Of a stretch of 64,000 nt of DNA, positions 28,829-39,352 are shown in pieces (position 1 is the first letter of the stretch; every line of letters starts with the position of its first letter). The DNA is from Candidatus Bathyarchaeia archaeon (GTDB lineage Archaea > Thermoproteota > Bathyarchaeia > Bathyarchaeales > Bathycorpusculaceae): NCBI GenBank assembly GCA_049516875.1, contig JBEKSS010000007.1:32001-96000 (forward strand). Direction: 5' to 3'. The notes beneath the pieces are model-generated. The model saw only the letters and a list, made by a program, of their open reading frames with translations, was not told where the DNA came from and ran no database searches. The position numbers were made by a program, and so were the translations under genes.

Positions 28829-29455
28829 TTAAAAATGTATTGACTTGCGAGCCGAAAAAGCTCTGACTAATCCTCTCCTTATTGCTTTCAAAATTTCGTC
28901 GATGTTCAGCGAGGCTTCGATCTCGGTGTAAACACTCCATAAGTCTTCGATGTTATGGGCGTCGCTCCCAGCAACGCCAGGCAAGCCAGTTTCCCTGACG
29001 AGGTTTTCTGCAAGTTTGTTAAGGTTAGATTCTGTGCCGCCGTTCAGGACTTCAATGGCGTCAACAGGGTAGTTCTTTGCCAGGCTTCCTAAACCGTACT
29101 CTCTGTACGGGTGGGCAACGATGACTACGCCGTCTCTCTCCTTCGAAAAATCAATCACGTTTTTGACGTTCCACGGCTTAGGTGGCAGTTCAGTTATGCC
29201 CAAGACTATCAAATCCCCTTCAGGCGTCGTTATTTCCACGCCGGGAATTATTAGAACATCCTTATACGCAGAGGCCAGTTCCAGCACCTTGAAATAGCCT
29301 TCTACTCTGTCATGGTCGGTTATCGCAACAGCTTTGATGGTTGGGTGCGAATAGAGTTGCTCGACGAGCGTCTTCGGGTTTATTGATGAATCGGATGAGT
29401 ATTTTGTGTGAATGTGCAAATCAGCTTGGATCAAGATTTTTTGTTGTCTCCTCAC
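28829..29455 (-). CDS. PHP domain phosphoesterase
   Basis: DLHIHT, AITDHD, PGVEI, AHPY, GSDAH. Confidence 0.92.
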   Translation of the reverse strand: MRRQQKILIQADLHIHTKYSSDSSINPKTLVEQLYSHPTIKAVAITDHDRVEGYFKVLELASAYKDVLIIPGVEITTPEGDLIVLGITELPPKPWNVKNVIDFSKERDGVVIVAHPYREYGLGSLAKNYPVDAIEVLNGGTESNLNKLAENLVRETGLPGVAGSDAHNIEDLWSVYTEIEASLNIDEILKAIRRGLVRAFSARKSIHF

Positions 29456-31053
29456 AGAATATCCTTCAAATCAGCTAGCAGGTTCGTTTTCTGTTTTTTT
29501 CTAGTGTTGATGCATTTGAATTTGATTTTCTTACGCGTGCAGGCTTTTCTGCACCCATTAAGAATAGATTTTCCCCAGTTTTCGGGGTCGTTAAGGAGCA
29601 CAACTGTTTCATAGCTTGTGCGGCTTATGTAGTCAGCGAGCTGAGTTGCCACGTATTCTGATGTTTCCTTGTCAGCCGTGAGAACAGTTTCATGTTGCGA
29701 AAGCGGATAAACCTCGTCAAGCTCGTTTGGAACGACGCCGAATGGAGCACTGTAAAAACACGCGTGAAACCTGCCCGAACTTTCTAGCGAGCGGAGCTGT
29801 CCTGCAATATCTGTGAAGACCTTTGATTTGTGAAACGGTTTTCTTCGTGTTTGAGGCACCAGCAGGAGAATTTTCGCTTCCCTAGGAGGGATGTACCTTT
29901 CAGCCAACCTCTTTCTATGTCGCACGATTTCTGGTCGCGCAAGTCCGACGGAACCGAAGAAGAACAGTCCACTGTTTTTTACGGCTGAGTCGTGTTTCTC
30001 AATGTAATCCTCGTATTTCTTTAGCCTTTTCACTGCTTGAAACAACGCTGGATGTCCGTGTGCTCGCATTTCGAGGTGTTCCCACATCCTGCCGTCTCTT
30101 ATGGCCTGCTTTATGCGTTTCAACTCGGCTGAACAAGTGTAGAGGTTGTGTTCAGCGAGGAAGGCCTGGGCTTCTTTTGGCGGCATTTCCATTACTTGTT
30201 TCGGAGCTGTTCTTGCGCATTTTGGGCAAGTGCATGGAAAGTAATCGAGTTCGTTCAGTCTGGAGGTGCCTGTTTCAGTCATGTAGCGACCTTCCTTGGC
30301 GTACAACGAATAAGCTGCCGAGTCGAAAAAGTCGCATCCCAAGGCTACGGCTAATGCGAACATGAAAGGATGTCCAGCGCCGAAAAGATGAAGCGGTTTT
30401 TCAGTGGGCAAGTTCATTTTTGCAGTCATTATCATATCCACTAGGACGTCGAAACGATAGCGCTCCATGACTTCAGTCGGGCTTCCTAAGGCATGTATTT
30501 GGAAGGGCAGCTTGCCCATTTCTTTCGCGGACTTGGCCACGAGGTTCAGGTATTTTCCACCCTGCACCGGACCTACCCAAAGGATGTCGTCTCTTGCTTT
30601 AAACGCAAGAAATTCCTTCGCTCGTTTGAGCGTTTCAGCAACTGTCTTTCGTGCACAGTTTTCCGTAACTTCCCAGCCCGTCGGAATGTCAAGTATCGTT
30701 GCAATGTCCGAACCTATCTGCTCCTGATACTCTACAATCTCTTTCGGGGTTACTTCTATGTCGCCATAAACGAGAATCTGGTAGGCGCCGGAATCAGTCA
30801 TTATGGTACCGTCGAAATCTAGGAAGCTGTGCAAACCATTCTTGGCTGGTTGGTTCTCCGCATGCTTCTTCAAAATATACGCGTTGGTTATCAACGCCTC
30901 AAAACCAAATTCTTCCCTGATATTTCTTGGAGAAATGGGCTGTACGATAGGGTTTATGACTGGGAAAAGAAGAGGCGTCTCCAACGTTCCACTCTTGGTT
31001 CGCAGTTTTCCAATTCTTGCAAGCAAGTCTTTTTCTTTTATCTCAAAGGACAT
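29452..31053 (-). CDS. tgtA: tRNA-guanine(15) transglycosylase
   Basis: MSFEIKEKDLLARIG, MTDSGAYQ, PVQGG, HLFGAGHP, DFFDSAAY, CTCPKC; true start ATG 31053. Confidence 0.95.
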   Translation of the reverse strand: MSFEIKEKDLLARIGKLRTKSGTLETPLLFPVINPIVQPISPRNIREEFGFEALITNAYILKKHAENQPAKNGLHSFLDFDGTIMTDSGAYQILVYGDIEVTPKEIVEYQEQIGSDIATILDIPTGWEVTENCARKTVAETLKRAKEFLAFKARDDILWVGPVQGGKYLNLVAKSAKEMGKLPFQIHALGSPTEVMERYRFDVLVDMIMTAKMNLPTEKPLHLFGAGHPFMFALAVALGCDFFDSAAYSLYAKEGRYMTETGTSRLNELDYFPCTCPKCARTAPKQVMEMPPKEAQAFLAEHNLYTCSAELKRIKQAIRDGRMWEHLEMRAHGHPALFQAVKRLKKYEDYIEKHDSAVKNSGLFFFGSVGLARPEIVRHRKRLAERYIPPREAKILLLVPQTRRKPFHKSKVFTDIAGQLRSLESSGRFHACFYSAPFGVVPNELDEVYPLSQHETVLTADKETSEYVATQLADYISRTSYETVVLLNDPENWGKSILNGCRKACTRKKIKFKCINTRKKQKTNLLADLKDIL

Positions 31054-31139
31054 CGTCAAACTCAGAAAAGAGAAAAACAAACACACATATAAAAAACATT
31101 CACTAGATAATGACAACCAAATGAACGCAGGGTCTGGAC

Positions 31140-33182
31140 ATGAGTCTGAGAAAGATTGTAAAAGAAGAGCTTTCTGGAAGCATCGCCAAATCGTATGTGG
31201 CACAAATCTCCCGTTTCCACAGGGTTCAAGCCTCAACGATGTTTCATGAAGCCGCAGAATACGTGAAGAGCGAACTTCTGAAAATAGGTCTGAAGGACGC
31301 CGCGATAGAACAGTTTCCGGCTGATGGAGCAAAGAAATATTGGACCTACACATCCCCCGTAGGCTGGACAGTGAAAAGTGCTGAACTTCGACTCGTAGAG
31401 CCTGAAGAAAAGCTCTTGGCCTCCTATGAAGACATACCTCAGAGTCTGCACACCTACAGTAGCGCAACACCTTCAGAAGGCGTCACAGCCGAGCTTGTTG
31501 ACGTCGGCGTCGGAACTAAGCCGGCCAATTATGAGGGAAAAGACGTGAAAGGCAAATTTGTCCTGGCCACAGGCAGGGCCAAATCTGTTCATGAACAGGC
31601 CGTTTACAAGTATGGGGCTGCTGGTGTAATCACGGACACGGTGACTCTCGAAATACCAAACGTCCGCGAAAGCTTGGACATCCCTGACGCTCACGCGTAT
31701 CAGTCTATATGGCCCACCGCAGAAGAACTGGTCAAGGTCACATTTGGCTTCTCTCTGAGCAAACGTCAAGGAAACCAGTTGCGAGCTTTGCTTGAAGGCG
31801 GAAAAGCAGTGAAACTCAAGGCAAAAGTGGATGCTCGGCTGTTTGCTGGCAACTTGGACGTGGTCACAGCAACTATACCCGGCGGGTCAAAGCCGAACGA
31901 AGAAGTGTTCTTGGTTGCTCATCTTTGTCACCCCAAACCCAGTGCCAACGATAATGCTTCTGGTAGCGGTTTACTCTTGGAGATTTCCAGAACAATCAAT
32001 GTCTTGATTGAATCTGGACGGATTGAGCGTCCAGCTCGGACAATGCGTTTCATATGGGTGCCTGAAACGTTCGGTTCAATAGCCTACCTGTTCAGTCACG
32101 AGGATTTGCCTTCAAGACTGGTCGCGGGCATAAACTTGGACATGGTGGGACAGAACCAGGAACTGTGCAAATCCACGCTCAATCTTGACCGTACTCCTGA
32201 TTCACTGCCCTCTTATCTGAACGATCTTGTCTTCCGTTTTATGGAAGAATCTGTCAAGGAATTTGATACGCCATCGCCGTTCGGATCATCATCCACGTTC
32301 CGGTATGCCACGGGGGCTTTCAGTGGCGGTAGCGACCACGCAGAATTCACTGACTCAACGATAGGGGTCCCGTGTATCATGCTGCTTCAATGGCCAGACT
32401 TGTTCTATCATACAAGCATGGACACTATTGACAAAGTGAGCGAGGAAAGCCTGAAAAGAGTCGGATGGATAGCGGCAAGTGCTGCCTTGACTCTTGCAAA
32501 CGCCACATTCGAAACAGCCTTTCAGCTTGCGAGTGAAACCGCCTCGAAAGGCATGATTAGAATCGAAGAAGCCAAGCGAGAAGCGATTGAGGAACTGTTT
32601 AAGAAGAAGCAAGACCCAAAGCTGAAAGACAAGCCTGAGGAGCTAGTTAAAGAACTGGACAGGATAGCTTCCCACTACAGAAGCAGGATAGAACATTTTG
32701 CATGGCGTGAACAGGAGGCTGCCAAATCGGTGAGAAGACTTGGAGAAAGCCCTGAACTGGATGCTTCATTGAATGAATACTGCAGAGACATTGAGGGTCT
32801 TGCCAACCGAGAAATCGCACGGCTTCAGGAGGCAGTGAGTTTCATAGCCAAAACATTAGCCTTGATTCTTCCAGGCCAACCTCAACCCGCAGAGTCAGAC
32901 AAAGAACTGAAGCTGATTCCAAAGCGGCTGTTCAAAGGGACGCTTGATTTTGGGGTTCTAAAGAAAACGCTAAGCGAGAAAGAACTTGAGTGGTATGAAG
33001 CGCGCGAGAAAGACGAGGATCTTGGCAAGAAGTCGGCTGAAGTACTGAACTTCATGAACGGAAAACGAAGCGTCTACGAGATTATGAAGGCTGTCTCGGC
33101 AGAATACGGCGAAACCAACCCTGAACATGTGCTGAAGTTTCTGCGGGACCTCGAGAAAGCCAAGCTCGTCGAACTTTCCTAG
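31140..33182 (+). CDS. M28-family peptidase with PA domain (DUF4910-like)
   Basis: AHLCHPKPSANDNASG, PET, NLDMVG, GSDH, YHTSMD. Confidence 0.88.
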   Translation: MSLRKIVKEELSGSIAKSYVAQISRFHRVQASTMFHEAAEYVKSELLKIGLKDAAIEQFPADGAKKYWTYTSPVGWTVKSAELRLVEPEEKLLASYEDIPQSLHTYSSATPSEGVTAELVDVGVGTKPANYEGKDVKGKFVLATGRAKSVHEQAVYKYGAAGVITDTVTLEIPNVRESLDIPDAHAYQSIWPTAEELVKVTFGFSLSKRQGNQLRALLEGGKAVKLKAKVDARLFAGNLDVVTATIPGGSKPNEEVFLVAHLCHPKPSANDNASGSGLLLEISRTINVLIESGRIERPARTMRFIWVPETFGSIAYLFSHEDLPSRLVAGINLDMVGQNQELCKSTLNLDRTPDSLPSYLNDLVFRFMEESVKEFDTPSPFGSSSTFRYATGAFSGGSDHAEFTDSTIGVPCIMLLQWPDLFYHTSMDTIDKVSEESLKRVGWIAASAALTLANATFETAFQLASETASKGMIRIEEAKREAIEELFKKKQDPKLKDKPEELVKELDRIASHYRSRIEHFAWREQEAAKSVRRLGESPELDASLNEYCRDIEGLANREIARLQEAVSFIAKTLALILPGQPQPAESDKELKLIPKRLFKGTLDFGVLKKTLSEKELEWYEAREKDEDLGKKSAEVLNFMNGKRSVYEIMKAVSAEYGETNPEHVLKFLRDLEKAKLVELS

Positions 33183-33266
33183 CCTCACCTTTTTCGGCCA
33201 AACACACTTTTATATGACCACTTTTCCTTCTACTACGTGCCTGTAATCCCAAAGGAAGAGGAATCA

Positions 33267-34019
33267 ATGGTCTGTGCAATTGAGATATTCGAAAAACCAA
33301 AGCTGCACAACCCTGTTCTAATCGAGGGCTTGCCTGGAATAGGCTTCGTAGCCAACATTGCGGCCTTACATCTAATTCATGAATTAAAGGCAACACGTTT
33401 CGGCGAAATTCACTCCTCGGCTTTTCAAGACTTGGCGATCACAACAAAGGACGGCGGGGCCCAGTGTCCAATGAACGAACTCTACTACTATAGAAGCCAG
33501 AATAGTGGGCGTGACCTGATAATCTGGTACGGCAACACCCAGGCTTTGACCACATCAGGACAGTACGAGCTTTGCGGCAGAATCCTAGACATAGCTCAAG
33601 AGTTGGACTGCCACTACGTCGTGACCTTGGGTGGCTTCAGACAGGAAGAAATAAAGGGGGCACCTCAGATTTACTGCGCCGCTTCAGACCACGAAACGTT
33701 GAACGATGCCCTCAGCCTCGGAACAAAGATAATGGTTGGGCAAATATTCGGAATTGCCGGGCTTATGGTTGGGCTGGCCAGACTCAGGGGCTTCAAGAGC
33801 TTCTCGCTTCTGGCGGACACTCTAGGCACGTATCCTGATGCAAGCGCCACGCGTTACGCACTGACCGCGCTGAACAAATTCCTGAACATGAACATCGACC
33901 TGTCTAGACTGGATATCGCTGCGGAAGAGACCAGGAAAATCTTGGAGTCTTTCGGTTTAATAAGAACTATTGGAACAGAAAAGAAGAAAGAGGAACAACA
34001 GTTCCGCTGGTTCATCTAG
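33267..34019 (+). CDS. PAC2 family proteasome assembly chaperone
   Basis: LIEGLPGIGFVANIA, TLGG, C-terminal RWFI. Confidence 0.9.
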   Translation: MVCAIEIFEKPKLHNPVLIEGLPGIGFVANIAALHLIHELKATRFGEIHSSAFQDLAITTKDGGAQCPMNELYYYRSQNSGRDLIIWYGNTQALTTSGQYELCGRILDIAQELDCHYVVTLGGFRQEEIKGAPQIYCAASDHETLNDALSLGTKIMVGQIFGIAGLMVGLARLRGFKSFSLLADTLGTYPDASATRYALTALNKFLNMNIDLSRLDIAAEETRKILESFGLIRTIGTEKKKEEQQFRWFI

Positions 34020-34444
34020 GTTTTGCCCTTGGATTCGCTGATGAAAGACGTGTAGACTTTTTCCACGCGGTCGGCAGCTGGACCTGAACCTTCAACCACG
34101 CCCTTTTCTGTCACTTTGACCTTGTCCATGACCCAAATAAACCCCTTGTCCTCGTAGAGCTTGATCATGGTTGGAAACACTTTTTCAAGACGATCAGCCA
34201 GGGCCTTTAAGTCAAAGGGTCTTTCAACACTCAGAATCTGAGCGACAACATTTCCGTTCAGAAAAACCCTGTGCAACACTTTCCCTTCCTCATCTTTCGC
34301 TTCCGACAGGCAAAGGCTCATATTGTCAGGATTAATGCCGAGCAACGTTCCCGTGAACGTCCTTCCAGTCGTTGTTGCCACAATCACGTGCCTATCCGCC
34401 AATGCTGAAACCTCAGTGAAGAACTTCCTCTGCACCACAGACAA
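34016..34444 (-). CDS. Sm-like protein with C-terminal domain (SmAP3 type)
   Basis: Sm1/Sm2 (GRTFTGTL...VFLNGNVV) plus FDLKALADRLEKVFP tail domain. Confidence 0.88.
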   Translation of the reverse strand: MSVVQRKFFTEVSALADRHVIVATTTGRTFTGTLLGINPDNMSLCLSEAKDEEGKVLHRVFLNGNVVAQILSVERPFDLKALADRLEKVFPTMIKLYEDKGFIWVMDKVKVTEKGVVEGSGPAADRVEKVYTSFISESKGKT

Positions 34445-34759
34445 TCATTTAACCCCCGTTCTACCTAACGAGATTGCGGAACAACTATTTAAAAATAGTA
34501 TTTCCAGAGGTTTTCTTTTGTAAGCCGTTTTTCTTGATGATCTCCAAGCGCACGGCAACGGCCACTTGTTCATTGCAAACGATTCTACCTTGTATGCTTT
34601 TATGGTAAACTTTTGCGTCAGCGACTGGCCGATGTTCTGTGAGAACAGTTCTCATCAAAGCTACGTAGGGCAATGATCGAGTTGGCACTCGACGCATGGA
34701 GTAATCCGCATTTTCGAAAAAGGGAAGCGGGAAACACTTGTTCTTAGCAAAGAACCTTT

Positions 34760-35251
34760 TCACAGGTCTTCTGCAAAATACTTTAGGTCGAACGGTTTGA
34801 TAATCATCCCTGTCTTTAAGCTCACGATGAATGATTGGACGTCGCTGACGAAGTCTGCAAAATTGACTGTGTACTCCCGCATAAAGTCTGCGTATTTCGA
34901 GTAGTCCTTGTGAAGCGAGAATATCACTGCGTCTTTCCCGAGGCCTTCTCCGTCGGATGCAAAGAAGACGTTAGGATGCTGCATCACCCACTTTTTTGCC
35001 AACTCTAATTTCGTTTCTACCTGTTTCCTATCGTAAGTCTTCGCCTTCCCGAACGTTATCGCAAGGATTTCGTATCCGATCTTCTTGAAATCTGGCACAA
35101 TGGTGTAGCTTCTGATGTAGCTTTCTGCGAGCTTTCTGTTTCTTGTCACTGTTGGCTGTGATATTTTCAGGGTCTTTGCTAGTTCTCTGTCGCTCCTCCT
35201 AGAGTTTCGAATCAGTTCTTTCAAAAGTTTGACTATTTTCTCTTCTTTCAT
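34760..35251 (-). CDS. Lrp/AsnC family regulator
   Basis: NSRRSDRELAKTLKISQPTVTR HTH, PDFKKIGY. Confidence 0.9.
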   Translation of the reverse strand: MKEEKIVKLLKELIRNSRRSDRELAKTLKISQPTVTRNRKLAESYIRSYTIVPDFKKIGYEILAITFGKAKTYDRKQVETKLELAKKWVMQHPNVFFASDGEGLGKDAVIFSLHKDYSKYADFMREYTVNFADFVSDVQSFIVSLKTGMIIKPFDLKYFAEDL

Positions 35252-35318
35252 GGTCTTCGAACCAAAATCAGTGTACTACAGCTTTTATCTTTTTCGGAGA
35301 ACCAACGATACAATCACT

Positions 35319-36590
35319 TCAGCTCTTTTTTTCAACATCTTGCTTCAAAAACACTCTGCTCTCCGGCGGCAGATCTTTTTGAACCATAAGGTTTGGGCCT
35401 ATCCAACTGTTGCTTCCAACCTTGACGCCTGGCATGAGAAGCGCGTTTATCCCTGTTTTCACGTTGTCGCCCAGAACTGCTCCGAGCTTTTTTCTTCCGC
35501 TGTCCACGAGTTTGTCTTTTACCATCATTTTGATTGTACCTGCGTCAAGTCGGTAATTGGCTGTTATGGTGCCTGCGCCTAGGTTGCCTCTTTCGCCTAT
35601 TATGCTGTCGCCGACATATGAAAGGTGGCCTATGTGGGCATTGTCCATTATTATGCTGTTCTTGATTTCGCAGGCGTTGCCAACCCTCACTTTTCTGCCG
35701 ATGCTTGTGCATGGGCGGATGTAACAGTTGGGTCCAATGTCGGCTTCCTCATCTATGAAGGCAGGTCCCTCAACATATGCTCCTGAACGTATGCGCGCGG
35801 TTTCGGCAACCGTCACCGGGCCGATTAAGTGTGCACCGTTCTCGATGAATCCGCAGGGTTTGTGTTTCATTCTTGTCAGTACCCAGCGGTTCGCTTCAAG
35901 CAGGTCCCAAGGCTTTCCGATTTCAATCCAGTCTTCACTCGCTATCTTGACGGCTACCACTGATTTTTTTTCGTTGATTAGAAGTGTGAGTGCGTCTGGG
36001 ATTTCCCATTCTCCTCTGGACGTGGCGGAGGTTTGTTTTATCTTGGCGAATATTTCTGTTGAGAAAACGTAGATGCCCGCGTTAGCCAAGTTCGTCGGGG
36101 CCTCTTCTGGGGTGGGTTTTTCGACTATGCGTTTGACGTGTTCGCCGTTTTCAAGTTCAACTATGCCATAATTCTCCGGTTTTTCGACGGGCACAACAGC
36201 CATCGTTGTGGTAGGCTTCTCTACTTGATGCACATCGACAACGGTTTTCACCGTGTCTGCGGCGAACAGTATGTCACCGTTGACCAGTAGAAAATCGTCC
36301 TTCATGTAAGGCTCTACAACGCCTACGGCGTTGGCTGTTCCAAGCACTGCTTCTTGTTTGGCGTATTCGATTTTTATGTCGAAGTCTTTGCCGTCGCCGA
36401 AGTATTGGCGAATTGCGTCTGACATGTAGTGGACAATTATCACTGCTTCGGTTATTCCTGCGGTTTTCAATGCGTTCAAACAGTGTTCAAGTATTGGTTT
36501 TCCGCCCACCTTTATCAGGTGTTTTGGTCTGGTGGCCGTTATGGGCAGAAGTCTGATGCCTTCTCCTGCGGCCATGATTGCAGCTTTCAT
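35319..36590 (-). CDS. glmU: Bifunctional sugar-1-phosphate nucleotidylyltransferase/acetyltransferase
   Basis: AAGEGIRL...PKHL, hexapeptide repeats, HLSYVGDS. Confidence 0.9.
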   Translation of the reverse strand: MKAAIMAAGEGIRLLPITATRPKHLIKVGGKPILEHCLNALKTAGITEAVIIVHYMSDAIRQYFGDGKDFDIKIEYAKQEAVLGTANAVGVVEPYMKDDFLLVNGDILFAADTVKTVVDVHQVEKPTTTMAVVPVEKPENYGIVELENGEHVKRIVEKPTPEEAPTNLANAGIYVFSTEIFAKIKQTSATSRGEWEIPDALTLLINEKKSVVAVKIASEDWIEIGKPWDLLEANRWVLTRMKHKPCGFIENGAHLIGPVTVAETARIRSGAYVEGPAFIDEEADIGPNCYIRPCTSIGRKVRVGNACEIKNSIIMDNAHIGHLSYVGDSIIGERGNLGAGTITANYRLDAGTIKMMVKDKLVDSGRKKLGAVLGDNVKTGINALLMPGVKVGSNSWIGPNLMVQKDLPPESRVFLKQDVEKKS

Positions 36591-37963
36591 CTCTTACCTC
36601 TTCCCAGCAGATTTTTGATGGATTTTGTTCCTTTTTCCATTATCTGTTTTGCTGCTTTTAACGATTCACCTTCAACCGTCAGCCTTATGACAGGCTCTGT
36701 GCCTGACGCTCTGACGAGTAGCCATCCTTTTTCAAGAACCAGACGGACGCCATCAACCGTTGAGAATTCTCTGTACCCTGGGAAGGCAGGCTTCAAGTTT
36801 TCTCCAATTTCTTCAACAGCTTTCTGTTTCATCTCATTCTTACAACCAAAATTCTCTCTTAGAATTGGGTACTTGGGCGCGTCGGCAATAAACTCCGCTA
36901 GGCTCTTGCTCTCGTCTTCTAAAGCTTCCAGAAGCAGGGCTGATGAAAGAATGCCGTCTGGACAGTAGTGGAATTGCGGATGGATCCATGCGCCGCACGG
37001 TTCACCACCGAATATCGCATTGCTCTTCCTCATTGTTTCAGAAATGTAGACGTCGCCGACCTTTGTCCTAACCACCTTCCCACCTTGCGGCTCAACCATT
37101 TTTTCCACGCCCATTGAAGCCTCGACACTGGTCACAACCGTTCCGCCACCATTTTTCTTCACGACGTGTGCAGCGTACGCGGCTAAGACCTGGTCAAAAT
37201 CTGCAAAACTGCCTTTCTCGTCAATGAAAGCCACTCTGTCGCCGTCGCCGTCGTAGGCCAAACCTCCGTCTGCACCTAGGATCTTGACAACTTTGGCCAA
37301 ATGTGTCAAGGACTTGGCGTTTGGTTCGGGGCTTCTGGCCGGGAACCATCCGTCAGGCTGTGCATTCAAGGCTGTCACTTTGCAGCCTATACTTTTTAGA
37401 ACTGCTGGAGCAAGGTTGAAGGTGGCTCCGCATCCTGGGTCAAGCACGACGTACCATTTACTGCGCAGTCTCACCCTTTTCTCCAAGTTTTCAACGTATA
37501 GATAGCTCTCGTCTGCAAGCTGGTCGTGACCAACGTCTCTCCAGTCTGTCAGCCTGAAACGTTTGTGCGCGATGATTCCTTCAATTTCACTTTGGCTTTC
37601 CTCATCATAAGCCAGGCCGTCACCGCTGAAAATCTTGACACCGTTGTACTCGGGTGGGTTGTGCGAAGCCGTTATCATGACGCCAGCATCAGCCCTCATT
37701 TTCTTGGTCAGAAAAGCCAAGACGGGAGTGGGCACGACCCCCAAGCATTTCACGTTCGCGCCGCCCGATTCAAGACCCGAAACCAAAGCGTCCTGAAGCA
37801 TCGCCCCCGAAACCCTGGTGTCCCTAGCGACAAGCACATCCTTCGCCTTGGAGAACGTCGCTACAGCCAAACCTATCTCCTCCGCTAAACCCGCCGTCAA
37901 ATCCACGTTGACTAAGCCGCGCACTCCGGAACTGCCGAACAACCGCAACCTCAGACCTCCCAT
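36587..37963 (-). CDS. glmM: Phosphoglucosamine mutase / phosphohexomutase
   Basis: TASHNP, DGDGDR, GGE, RASGTEP; adjacent to the glmU-like gene. Confidence 0.88.
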   Translation of the reverse strand: MGGLRLRLFGSSGVRGLVNVDLTAGLAEEIGLAVATFSKAKDVLVARDTRVSGAMLQDALVSGLESGGANVKCLGVVPTPVLAFLTKKMRADAGVMITASHNPPEYNGVKIFSGDGLAYDEESQSEIEGIIAHKRFRLTDWRDVGHDQLADESYLYVENLEKRVRLRSKWYVVLDPGCGATFNLAPAVLKSIGCKVTALNAQPDGWFPARSPEPNAKSLTHLAKVVKILGADGGLAYDGDGDRVAFIDEKGSFADFDQVLAAYAAHVVKKNGGGTVVTSVEASMGVEKMVEPQGGKVVRTKVGDVYISETMRKSNAIFGGEPCGAWIHPQFHYCPDGILSSALLLEALEDESKSLAEFIADAPKYPILRENFGCKNEMKQKAVEEIGENLKPAFPGYREFSTVDGVRLVLEKGWLLVRASGTEPVIRLTVEGESLKAAKQIMEKGTKSIKNLLGRGKR

Positions 37964-38118
37964 ACAATTGAAGAGACCAAGATAACAAGCAACTCTGTTC
38001 TTAAAAAACTAAGCTCAGGGAATACCACCTCACCACAAAAAATCCGCCTCGGAAAGCTTCCGGTTTGCGCACTCCTAGGTAAGGGCTGGAATTTCAACAT
38101 GCACGAATTTTCATGGTG

Positions 38119-38934
38119 CTAGGCAAGTGCGAGGCGAATGCAAATCCACACGATGTCGCCAACGAACAACGCTAAGACTAAGCCTGCTGTGATGAAGATG
38201 AGAAAAGGCAGGCCAGGGGTTGCCCAAACGGTGTCATGGATTTTTCCAGTTTTGACAGCCTTGTCCAGTCTCTCAACGATAGCGTCCCTGCCCTCGTCCT
38301 TGGGCAAAGCGACCAGTTTTCTCTTAAGATTGCTTTCAGAATCTTCCTCTGCATCCTCAAGAGGATAAACGTGCCATTTCTCCTTCAATTTTTGAACAGA
38401 AACCTTGTAGCCAGTTATCAAAACCAGGATCTTCCGACCAATAGATCCGTTCTCGTATTCTCCTTCAAACAGTTTCCCTCTGGTTCTCACACGCCAAAGA
38501 ACATTGTACCCGAGCATGACTAGTGTCATCAAAGCTGCCAGTAAGACGGAATTGCTGAAGACACTCAGCGGAAAGAGCACCTGCGATATTGGCGAAATTT
38601 CAGAAAGAGGAGCGAGCAGGCTTGTCGGATAGAATGGTAGGGCAAGTGCCAAGCACATCAGCGCCTTTGCGTCAGCTCCTCCGAAGCCTCCGGCGTAGAA
38701 AATCACTATGGCAAATAGGGCTGTTAGGCCGAAGCAAATTCCGTAGAGGGGCAGCTGTGAAGGCTGGTAAACGTAAACGTCGGCAAAAGTGAGCACGAAA
38801 GCAAGTGGAGCAAAAACTATCCACACAGTGTTGCTTACTTCACGGGTTTTATTGTCGCTCCATGAAGCATAGAAAAGAAAAACCAAGGCCAACGCTGTCC
38901 TTGCCAAATCCAACAGCGACTGCAACAACTGCAA
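38119..38934 (-). CDS. Prepilin peptidase (A24, PibD/FlaK-like)
   Basis: ASWSDNKTREV, GGFGGADAK, VWATPGLPFL. Confidence 0.93.
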   Translation of the reverse strand: MQLLQSLLDLARTALALVFLFYASWSDNKTREVSNTVWIVFAPLAFVLTFADVYVYQPSQLPLYGICFGLTALFAIVIFYAGGFGGADAKALMCLALALPFYPTSLLAPLSEISPISQVLFPLSVFSNSVLLAALMTLVMLGYNVLWRVRTRGKLFEGEYENGSIGRKILVLITGYKVSVQKLKEKWHVYPLEDAEEDSESNLKRKLVALPKDEGRDAIVERLDKAVKTGKIHDTVWATPGLPFLIFITAGLVLALFVGDIVWICIRLALA

Positions 38935-38997
38935 AGTGGCACACCGTCAGAAGCATCGAATTGTCTCTTCTGCTTAAATTATCTTTCCACGTTTTTC

Positions 38998-39005
38998 GCG
39001 CGCGC
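38998..39005. repeat. Intergenic GCGCGCGC octamer
   Basis: Upstream of the prepilin peptidase promoter. Confidence 0.7.
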
Positions 39006-39133
39006 AGCTAAACACTGGTTTGAGGGAAAAGCCGTCAATAACAAGGCAGACTGTTCTAAAGATGGGCAAGCGAGTCTTTTGAACGGATTATCGATTTGGC
39101 TAAAAGCCTTCTGAAGGAAAGCGAACATGGTCG

Positions 39134-39352
39134 TTGAAAGGGTCAATGTTGAGTTTCGAGACCTTGTGTTTGAGTGCTCAATCCGTGATTTCTTTGAGTG
39201 TCAAAACATTGTTGAACAATGTTGGTTCCGTGCTTTTTTTACTCAATTCCGCGAGGCTTTTGAGTGTCAAAACCCTGCAATGAGCACGAAAGGCAAGAGT
39301 GCATCGGACCAAGGCTCCTATGCCACCGAGGTTAAGAGCTGAGTTTTCAAAA
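39134..39352. repeat. Array of TTGA-N3-5-TCAA-like palindromes
   Basis: Exact 15-bp direct repeat TTTGAGTGTCAAAAC at 39193 and 39259; variants at 39134, 39149, 39170, 39340. Confidence 0.75.

Noticed and set aside
31054-31470. N-terminal extension of tgtA in the ORF track
   Set aside because: Overlaps the divergent M28 gene; the conserved TgtA N-terminus starts at 31053.
34484-34499. Palindrome ACTATTT-AA-AAATAGT as an operator
   Set aside because: Coincides with the expected AT-rich TATA box of the Sm gene.
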